DNA from: Chloroflexota bacterium
Lineage (GTDB): Bacteria > Chloroflexota > Limnocylindria > Limnocylindrales > CSP1-4
Assembly (NCBI GenBank): GCA_013696275.1
Contig: JACCYW010000377.1
Coordinates: 1 to 27,010 of the forward strand
Direction: 5' to 3'
Length of the DNA stretch: 27,010 nucleotides
Shown: in pieces, positions 20,031 through 27,010 of the stretch
Position numbering within the stretch: position 1 is the first letter of the stretch
Layout of the letters: each line of letters opens with the position of its first letter
Made by a program: the position numbers and the translations under genes
The notes under the pieces: model-generated
What the model was told of the DNA's origin: nothing
Databases searched by the model: none
What the model saw: only the letters and a program-made list of their open reading frames with translations

Positions 20031-20786
20031 ATGCCCATGTGGCTCGAGGCAGGCTTCTGGGGCCTGGTCGCTGGTTCCGCCCTGGTGATAGGCGCGGCCG
20101 TCGGCTATCTGGTGCCCGTGCCACGACAGGTGATAGCCGGGACGATGGCATTCGGGGCCGGCGTACTGGTGTCGGTCCTCGCCTTCGATCTCATCGCCGA
20201 GGCCCATGAGCGGGGCGGCTTGGTTGCGACCGGGGTCGGCTTCCTCATCGGCGCCATCGCCTTCACCATCGTCAACATCCACCTCTCGCGCCGCGGCGCC
20301 AGGCACCGCAAGCGGTCTGGCGACAAGCAGGTCAGCGAGCAGGAAGATGGAGGCAGCGGCCTTGCCATCGCTGCCGGTGCCCTCCTCGACGGCATCCCGG
20401 AAGCGATGGTGATAGGCCTGAGCGTGCTTGCGGGACCTGGCGTCAGCGCTGTCGCGGTCATCGGGATATTCGTGTCGAACATCCCGGAGGGGCTCGCCAG
20501 CGCCGCCGGGATGAGACGAGCCGGGCGCTCGGCCCGCTACGTCTTCGGTCTGTGGGCAGCGATCGCTGCCGCGTCGGGTGGTGCCGCCATCCTTGGCAAC
20601 GTCGGTCTCGGAGGATCTCCAGCGGAGGTCGTGGCGGCGACGACAGCCCTGGCGGCAGGTGCCATCCTGGCCATGGTGGCCGACACGATGTTCCCCGAGG
20701 CGTTCGAGACGGCACACGAACTGACCGGTCTGGTCGCCGCGAGCGGTTTTCTGTCGGCCTTCATCCTCTCGAGCCTTGGCCGCTGA
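20031..20786 (+). CDS. ZIP-family (ZupT/GufA-like) divalent metal transporter
   Basis: Multi-TM protein with LLDGIPEAMVIG and IFVSNIPEGL transport-site motifs. Start at 20031 or 20025. Confidence 0.9.
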   Translation: MPMWLEAGFWGLVAGSALVIGAAVGYLVPVPRQVIAGTMAFGAGVLVSVLAFDLIAEAHERGGLVATGVGFLIGAIAFTIVNIHLSRRGARHRKRSGDKQVSEQEDGGSGLAIAAGALLDGIPEAMVIGLSVLAGPGVSAVAVIGIFVSNIPEGLASAAGMRRAGRSARYVFGLWAAIAAASGGAAILGNVGLGGSPAEVVAATTALAAGAILAMVADTMFPEAFETAHELTGLVAASGFLSAFILSSLGR

Positions 20787-20810
20787 GAGCGAGTGAGTCG
20801 CGCACAGTCA

Positions 20811-21602
20811 TCAGCCGCGCCGAGCGCGCAACGCGAGGAACAGCGGGATCTCGGCCTCGGCCCGGGTCTCGGCCCGTCGACCCGGCGGGCGCGCATCATC
20901 GGGAAGGTCGGGCAGCTCACGCATGGCATCGACGGAGAAGCCTGCCGACGCGAGGCCGTTGACGTAGCTGGAGAGCGGTCGATGGTAGGAGCGGGTCGGC
21001 GGGCCCCCACCGATCGACTTCATCGGCACGGCCATAGGGCTGAGGTAGGCGTCGACGCGCCGGAAGATCAGCTTCCTGCCCTCGTCGAAGCCCCATCCGG
21101 AATGGCGAGCCTGGCGGAACGACGGGTGGGTCATGAAGATGACCACCCGACCAGTGGGCCGAAGCACCCGTCCGAGCGCTTGGAAGACTGGCTCCAGCGG
21201 ATCCATGTCCTGGATGCTGAGGAGGAACACGCCAGCGTCATAGGTCGCCCGCCGCACATCGGGTAGTGCATCGAGGGCACGGGCGTCGCCGACGATGAAG
21301 CGACCAAGCGCGGCATGCCTGGCGCGAGCCAGTTCGATCAATCTGGGGCTGGCATCGACGCCTGTGTAGCCAGCACCGCGATCGACTATGTAGGGCGCGA
21401 GCACACCCTGGCCCGCTCCGATGTCCAGGATGCGCGACCCGGGCCGTGGATCCAACAGGTCCAGGACGGCGGGGATGGCGATGGCCTGGTGATACCGACT
21501 GCCCCTTTGTCCGACCCAGCCGTCGTACCACGAGGCGACACGCTCCCAGCTGCTCGCGGCTGCCACAGGTGCAGCCCGCCCACGGCGTACGACCCTGCCC
21601 AC
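20811..21602 (-). CDS. Class I SAM-dependent methyltransferase
   Basis: Motif I ILDIGAGQG, post-I YTGVDAS, IVGDAR; TAGGGT -10 9 nt upstream of the GTG start. Confidence 0.9.
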   Translation of the reverse strand: MGRVVRRGRAAPVAAASSWERVASWYDGWVGQRGSRYHQAIAIPAVLDLLDPRPGSRILDIGAGQGVLAPYIVDRGAGYTGVDASPRLIELARARHAALGRFIVGDARALDALPDVRRATYDAGVFLLSIQDMDPLEPVFQALGRVLRPTGRVVIFMTHPSFRQARHSGWGFDEGRKLIFRRVDAYLSPMAVPMKSIGGGPPTRSYHRPLSSYVNGLASAGFSVDAMRELPDLPDDARPPGRRAETRAEAEIPLFLALRARRG

Positions 21603-21927
21603 TCGATGAGAACCCTAACAGGCCACCGATGGGGCTATCGTGCGGGCATGGCTATCGCGGGTGGGCTCCGTTCGAAGGCGACACGGTGGTCGTGGACGAC
21701 GCGGACCTGGGCGAGCGAGATGACCGTGCGGGCGGCGCGCAGCTGCCCGCTGCCGCTGTGGTCTCCTTGCCACGGCCGACCCGCCCTGGTGCTCGACATC
21801 TTCTGAGCGCGGCTCGCTTGGGTGCGGCAGAGAAGCCCGGTCCGGGTGGTGCCTTTGTAACTGTTTTGGCACCGGCCAAGCTCGACCGATGGGATCGATA
21901 TGGGCCACGTGGTGGTGTCATCTCCCC

Positions 21928-22863
21928 ATGGGCCCAGTGACCATCGAACACGTCTCGGAGTCAGTCGCAGCCACGTCGGCGAAAAGCGAGCAGACGGAAA
22001 GAGGCGCGGGCGAGCGGGGATCGCGGCCAGGGCAGGGCCTCTTCTCGGCGGACTGGCTGGATGTCCATTTCGAAGCCTGCCGGGACGAGTACGAGGCCAT
22101 GCTCCGGACGATCGGCCTGCAGCCCGGGTGGAGGGTGCTCGACATCGGCTGTGGCAGCGGCAGCTTCCTTCCCCTCCTGGCCGAGCTGGTCGGTGCCGGT
22201 GGTGCCCTGGTCGCTCTTGACGCTGCCGCGGAGAACATCGCCGCCGCCGCCCGGCGTCTCGAAGCCGCTCCCATCGAGTGCGCCCTGCGACTCGATCTCG
22301 GCTCGCTCGAAGGACTGCCCTACGAACGCGCATCCTTCGATGCTGTCTGGTGCGCAAACGTGATCCAGTACTTCCCCGACCGCGCAGTGCCGAGGTTGAT
22401 CGAGGAGATGCGTCGAGTCGTGCGGCCGGGTGGCCTGGTGGCGATCAAGGACGTGGACATGACGCTGTTCCGCGTGGAACCCATGGACCCCTTCCTCATC
22501 ACTCATCTCTCCGAAGCGAGCCTGCGCGACGAGGACTTCGGCGCCTGGTCGCAGGGATCGCTTCGAGGTCGGAGCCTTCGGCGACGCCTGGAGGATGGCG
22601 GGCTCACGAACGTGTGGCAACGCACCTCAGTGATCGAACGGTGGGCACCGTTGCGTCCTGTGGAGCGCCGCTTGTGGGGCGATTGGCTGGCCTTCCTGGC
22701 CGGAGCGGCTCAGGAACGCGCTGTCGGCGAGAAGGACCGCGCGCTGTGGCGGAACATGCTCGATGCCGATGACAAGGCGAATCCATTGAATGATCCGCGT
22801 TTCTACGCATCCGAGGGTCAAGTCATCGCCGTCGGGAGTCGGCCGCCAGATGATGACCCCTGA
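21928..22863 (+). CDS. Class I SAM-dependent methyltransferase (UbiE/type 11-like)
   Basis: VLDIGCGSG, FDAVWCANV, RRVVRPGGLVAI. Start uncertain (21889/21928/21937). Confidence 0.9.
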   Translation: MGPVTIEHVSESVAATSAKSEQTERGAGERGSRPGQGLFSADWLDVHFEACRDEYEAMLRTIGLQPGWRVLDIGCGSGSFLPLLAELVGAGGALVALDAAAENIAAAARRLEAAPIECALRLDLGSLEGLPYERASFDAVWCANVIQYFPDRAVPRLIEEMRRVVRPGGLVAIKDVDMTLFRVEPMDPFLITHLSEASLRDEDFGAWSQGSLRGRSLRRRLEDGGLTNVWQRTSVIERWAPLRPVERRLWGDWLAFLAGAAQERAVGEKDRALWRNMLDADDKANPLNDPRFYASEGQVIAVGSRPPDDDP

Positions 22864-23863
22864 TCTCCGTCGCCTGGAGGCGACATACATCCTGCCCCTG
22901 CGCGTCGACGCAGAGGGACCATCGGAGAGGTTCCAGGATCTGACCGACTATCTCGCCTGGCTCGCTCGAGTCGTCGACCAAGTCGTGGTCGTAGACGGGT
23001 CACCTCCGCCTACCTTCGCACGGCATCACGAGCGGTGGAGGCACCTGGTCCAGCACGTCCCTCCCGACCCCGAGCTGGTCACCGAGAACGGCAAGGTCGG
23101 TGGGGTCCTGACCGGCCTACGGCGGGCGCAGCATGACCGCCTCATCATCGCCGACGACGATGTGCGCTACGACGGCAGATCGATCCGGCTACTGCTGAAG
23201 GCGCTGCTCTCCAGGGATGTGGTGCGGCCGCAGAACCACTTCTCTCCGCTGCCATGGCATGCGCTGTGGGACACCGCGCGTATCTTGGTCAATCGCACCA
23301 CCGGTGGTGACTGGCCTGGCACTCTCGGTGTCCGTCGATCCACTCTCATGGCGGCCGGTGGCTATGACGGACGGGTCCTGTTCGAGAATCTCGAGCTTGT
23401 CCGCACGATCAAGGCGGCGGGCGGAAGCGAACTGGTCGCCCTGGACCTGTTCGTTCCTCGACGACCGCCGGCTGTTCGGCATTTCTGGGGTCAGCGCGTG
23501 CGCCAGGCATACGACGAGTTCGCCCGACCAGGAAGATTGGCGATCTGGCTGTCGCTGCTACCTGGTCTGGCCATGATCGTGGCAAAGAGGTCGTGGGTGG
23601 GCCTGGCGGGGGCAGGTTTCGCGGGTATCGCGGTGGCCGAGATCGGGCGCCAGCGCGGCGGAGGTCGTGCCGTGTTCCCCGCCACCGCCTCCCTGGTAGC
23701 GCCTCTCTGGCTGATCGAGCGGGCCATCGGGGCGTGGCTGGCGGTCGCCGCTCGACTCGCCCTCGGTGGGATGCCATATCGCGACGGCATACTGATCCGA
23801 GCGGCTACGCCGAGTCGCGTGCTGGAGCTGCGCCATGCGAGAGCACGAACGAACTCGCGATGA
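22850..23863 (+). CDS. Glycosyltransferase family 2 (GT-A fold) with C-terminal membrane segments
   Basis: VVVVDGS, GKVGGV, IIADDD (DxD-type), QRVRQAYDEF (QxxR-like), hydrophobic C-terminus; GGGAG RBS before ATG 22850. Confidence 0.82.
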   Translation: MMTPDLRRLEATYILPLRVDAEGPSERFQDLTDYLAWLARVVDQVVVVDGSPPPTFARHHERWRHLVQHVPPDPELVTENGKVGGVLTGLRRAQHDRLIIADDDVRYDGRSIRLLLKALLSRDVVRPQNHFSPLPWHALWDTARILVNRTTGGDWPGTLGVRRSTLMAAGGYDGRVLFENLELVRTIKAAGGSELVALDLFVPRRPPAVRHFWGQRVRQAYDEFARPGRLAIWLSLLPGLAMIVAKRSWVGLAGAGFAGIAVAEIGRQRGGGRAVFPATASLVAPLWLIERAIGAWLAVAARLALGGMPYRDGILIRAATPSRVLELRHARARTNSR

Positions 23864-24612
23864 GCGTCTCGTCAAGGGGTGGCATGATCCACCATCCGCC
23901 CATCGATGAGTCGGATGGGGCGGCCACTCGTGCCTTGGCCCGTTCCGCCCAGGCTCGTCTGGTAGGTGATGCTTTCCGCGCCCGAGTCCTCGAGGACAGC
24001 TTTGCCTGCCTTGGCGCTCGTTCCGCGTTGGGCAGTGGTCGGTCTCGTATCAGCCTCTATGCGGACATGGGCGACTCGGAAGGGACACGGCGACTGGCGC
24101 GCGATCTGGCTCGCTTCGCGGGCCTGCAAGACACGACCGATCACACCGGCTTCAGCACTTTCGTTGCCGCCTTCACAGGCCCTATGGACGTTGGCGAAGG
24201 TAGGTTCGAGCAGAAGATGTGGCAACAGCTCCAGGATCTCCACGATGTGGACGCTCGCGTCTACGGCTGGGATCCCTGCTTCAGCTCAGACCCGGACGAC
24301 CCATCATTCGCGTTCAGCATCGGCGGCAGAGCGTTCTTCGTGGTCGGCCTTCATGGACGGGCGTCGCGAGTGACACGCCGGTTCGCCTGGCCGACCTTGG
24401 TCTTCAACCCGCATGATCAGTTCACGCGTCTGCGCTCCACCGGCCGATTCGACCGGTTGCAGGAGAAGATCCGCGAGCGTGACCTCGCCATCCAAGGTTC
24501 GCTCAACCCGATGCTCGGTGACTTCGGCATCCGTTCGGAAGCGCGACAATATGCTGGTCGGGCCGTCGAAGACGACTGGCGCTGCCCCTTCCGCAGGCAC
24601 GAGGCCGGGTGA
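23860..24612 (+). CDS. YqcI/YcgG-family (GntA/DcsA-like, putative heme-dependent) protein
   Basis: FACLGA, FAFSIGGRAFFVVGLH, RRFAWPTLVFNPHDQF, SEARQYAGR, WRCPF, recalled as typical of this family; ATGA overlap with the GT2 stop. Confidence 0.78.
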   Translation: MSVSSRGGMIHHPPIDESDGAATRALARSAQARLVGDAFRARVLEDSFACLGARSALGSGRSRISLYADMGDSEGTRRLARDLARFAGLQDTTDHTGFSTFVAAFTGPMDVGEGRFEQKMWQQLQDLHDVDARVYGWDPCFSSDPDDPSFAFSIGGRAFFVVGLHGRASRVTRRFAWPTLVFNPHDQFTRLRSTGRFDRLQEKIRERDLAIQGSLNPMLGDFGIRSEARQYAGRAVEDDWRCPFRRHEAG

Positions 24613-25220
24613 GGCAGAACCTCGAGCGCCACCATCTTGAGCCGCAGACCGGGATGGCGCTCGAGCTCCGGCGAGGTCAGATCCTACGCGTCATAGATCC
24701 CCAGGGCGAGCAGGTCGCCGACCTCTTCGCATTCAGCCACGACGATCCACGCGAGTGGCTGTCGTCCGGAAGATCCATCGATTACAACGGCACGATCCAT
24801 CTGACCACGGGGCACGTGCTGTACTCGAATCGAAGTAACCGGATGTTGACCATCGGAGAAGATCAGGTAGGCCGCCACGACTTCCTGCTCACCCCGTGCA
24901 GTCCCGAGATGTTCCGGATCATCTACCACCACTTGGGCCATCATCCCAGTTGCTTCGAGAACCTTGCCACCAGCCTCGCCCCCTTCGGGATCGGCTCGGA
25001 CGCCATCGCCACCACCTTCAACATCTTCATGGATGTCACGGTCGCGGCTGACGGAGCACTGCGCATCGGGCCGCCCCACTCACGAGCGGGCGACTTCATC
25101 GATCTGCGCGCCGAGATGGATCTCATCGTCGGCGTGACGGCATGCTCGGCGGAGAAATCGAACAACGGACGCCTCAAGCCCATCGATATCGAAGTGACCA
25201 AGGCATCGCCGGACGAGTGA
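24609..25220 (+). CDS. DUF1989 / urea carboxylase-associated family protein
   Basis: GQILRVIDPQGEQVADL, HDFLLTPC, SCFENL, FNIFM, AEMDLIVGVTACS; GTGA overlap with the upstream gene. Confidence 0.9.
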   Translation: MRQNLERHHLEPQTGMALELRRGQILRVIDPQGEQVADLFAFSHDDPREWLSSGRSIDYNGTIHLTTGHVLYSNRSNRMLTIGEDQVGRHDFLLTPCSPEMFRIIYHHLGHHPSCFENLATSLAPFGIGSDAIATTFNIFMDVTVAADGALRIGPPHSRAGDFIDLRAEMDLIVGVTACSAEKSNNGRLKPIDIEVTKASPDE

Positions 25221-25370
25221 CCGCCCTCAGCGCGATCCGGGCTTGGGCGCGTCGGAGGGTGGATCGTGTAAGCCCGTGATCGTCGGCGGCCGACACGCGC
25301 ACCAGCGTCGGCCTCATCGCGATGCCAGGGCGGCCACTGCCGATGGCTGACCTTCCAGGTCGTGGCCCGT

Positions 25371-25376
25371 TAGCAT
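25371..25376 (+). promoter_or_regulatory. Putative -10 element (TAGCAT) for tldD, leaderless-type spacing
   Basis: Hexamer 6 nt upstream of ATG 25383; no Shine-Dalgarno. Confidence 0.6.
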
Positions 25377-25382
25377 CGCAGC

Positions 25383-26822
25383 ATGTATGACCAAGCCACG
25401 GCGGCCGTCGAGGCTGCCCTGGCAGCCGGGGCACGCTATGCCGACGCCCGAGTGATGCACATACGCACGGAGTCGATGGCGGCCCGCAACGGCGTCGTCG
25501 AGACGCTCGACCGGAACGAACGAGCTGGTGTCGGGGTCCGGGCACTGATCGGTTCCTCGTGGGGCTTCTTCGCGGTGCCTGACCTTGGCTCGGCCGCGTC
25601 GCGGCGCGCCGGCGAGCAGGCGGTCATCGTCGCCCGAGCCTCGGCGACGATCCCTGGCCAGCCACTCGACCTGGCCCCGCAGCCGCCGGCCAGCGGCAGT
25701 TGGTCCAGTGAGTGCCGGGAAGACCCGTGGGCCGTCCCTCTCGCCGAGAAGAGCGAACTCCTGGAAGGAGTGACACGGACCATCCGGGACCATGGCGCGG
25801 ACATCGCCGAGGCGAGCCACCGTGTCTGGGACACCCGAAAGTGGCTGGTGAGTAGCGAGGGATCCAGGGTCGACCAGCACATCGTCGAATGTGGCGCCGC
25901 GATGAACGCTACCGCCGTCGGCGAACTTGAGACACAGCGGCGGTCCTATCCAGGCATCCGCGGCCAATTCGGGACGCGGGGCTGGGAACTCGTGCGCGAG
26001 TTGGACCTGCCGGGAAACGCAGCACGCATCGCCGAGGAAGCGCGCGCCCTACTCCTGGCACCGGAGTGCCCGTCCCTGGACTCCACCGACCTTATCCTGG
26101 GATCCGAGCAGATGGCCCTCCAGATCCATGAATCGGTCGGCCACGCCGTGGAGCTGGACCGCATCCTTGGCTGGGAGGCGGCCTTCGCTGGGACGAGCTG
26201 GCTGGACCTGGCACAGATGGGCAGCCTTCGCTTCGGCTCAGACCTGATGAACATCAGCGCCGACGCCACCCTGCCCGGTGCGCTTGGCAGCTTCGGGTTC
26301 GACGATGAAGGCACACCCGCCCACCCGGTCGATATCGTGCGCGAGGGCACCTGGGTGGGCGTCTTATCAGGTCGCGATTCGGCGGCGCTCGCCGGCATCC
26401 CCTCCGGAGGAGCGGTTCGCGCCGACGGCTTCGATCGCATGCCCATGGTCCGCATGACGAACGTGGGCTTGCTGCCCGGCCAGGACAGCCTCGAGTCGAT
26501 GATCGCGGCCACCGATGACGGGATCCTGATGGACACCAATCGTTCGTGGTCGATCGATGACAAGCGGCTCAACTTCCAGTTCGGCTGTGAGATCGGCTGG
26601 CAGATCAAGGGCGGCAAGCTCGGTCAGCTCCTACGCAACCCGACCTACACTGGCATCAGCCCACGCTTCTGGGGATCCATGGACATGCTGGGCGGGCCAG
26701 CGGAATGGACCTTCTGGGGCACGCCGAACTGCGGCAAGGGACAGCCGATGCAGGTAGGTCACACGGGCCATCCCGCCGTGCCGGCCAGATTCCGGGGCAT
26801 CCGGGTGGGGGTCAGGGGGTGA
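25383..26822 (+). CDS. tldD: TldD metalloprotease subunit
   Basis: HESVGH (HExxxH) zinc motif, FDDEG, RMTN, C-terminal CGKGQ with the Cys ligand. Confidence 0.93.
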   Translation: MYDQATAAVEAALAAGARYADARVMHIRTESMAARNGVVETLDRNERAGVGVRALIGSSWGFFAVPDLGSAASRRAGEQAVIVARASATIPGQPLDLAPQPPASGSWSSECREDPWAVPLAEKSELLEGVTRTIRDHGADIAEASHRVWDTRKWLVSSEGSRVDQHIVECGAAMNATAVGELETQRRSYPGIRGQFGTRGWELVRELDLPGNAARIAEEARALLLAPECPSLDSTDLILGSEQMALQIHESVGHAVELDRILGWEAAFAGTSWLDLAQMGSLRFGSDLMNISADATLPGALGSFGFDDEGTPAHPVDIVREGTWVGVLSGRDSAALAGIPSGGAVRADGFDRMPMVRMTNVGLLPGQDSLESMIAATDDGILMDTNRSWSIDDKRLNFQFGCEIGWQIKGGKLGQLLRNPTYTGISPRFWGSMDMLGGPAEWTFWGTPNCGKGQPMQVGHTGHPAVPARFRGIRVGVRG

Positions 26823-27010
26823 TCGGCACGGCCGCCCATTCCATCCTCGCTGAGTCGGATCCCGGCAGCGAGCCGATGACGACCGCAGAACGCGTGCTCC
26901 GCATGGCCCACACCAGGGCGGCTGGCGCGGAGGTGGAGGTCACCGTGCGCACGGGACGGAGGCGTTGACCCGATTCGCGCGGAGCTTCATCCACCAGAAT
27001 GTGGCTCAGG
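26819..27010 (+). CDS. pmbA: TldE/PmbA subunit, 5' part, apparent 1-nt frameshift at ~26953-26955; runs off the right edge
   Basis: GTGA overlap with the tldD stop; EVEVTVRT then, in a shifted frame, TEALTRFARSFIHQNVAQ, matching the recalled LTRFANSxIHQNV motif of TldE/PmbA. Confidence 0.8.

Noticed and set aside
21820-21850. Guanidine-I riboswitch P3-like segment (gcggcagagaagcccgg) upstream of the DUF1989 operon
   Set aside because: The conserved 5' half is absent on this strand and the match is partial.
23593-23859. ORF-track N-terminal extension of the YqcI/YcgG gene
   Set aside because: Overlaps the GT2 gene; the ATGA-coupled start at 23860 fits better.

Overview
High-GC bacterial chromosomal segment; protein style suggests Chloroflexota, possibly Limnocylindria-like (inference). 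Left half, mostly minus strand: polA (runs off the left edge; not in the ORF track), a zinc-type anti-sigma factor, an ECF sigma factor, tRNA-Leu(CAA), a class III cyclase-AAA-TPR signalling protein, a divergent secreted beta-helix protein, a repeat-rich 500-bp spacer and dnaE. Middle: a carbohydrate ABC operon ending in a GDE-family glycosidase, then a decayed histidine kinase/receiver pair (pseudogenes). Right: a ZIP metal transporter, a SAM methyltransferase, an overlapping four-gene operon (methyltransferase, GT2, YqcI/YcgG-like, DUF1989), tldD and the start of a frameshifted tldE/pmbA. Best candidate for an undescribed pathway is the four-gene operon (possible guanidino N-hydroxylation/hydrolysis chemistry). 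Other items: a 44/45-bp hairpin direct repeat abutting the dnaE stop, several apparently leaderless genes, PHP-type proofreading in DnaE beside an exonuclease-dead PolA, and two 1-nt homopolymer frameshifts that may be assembly errors. No CRISPR array, integrase or transposase was seen.
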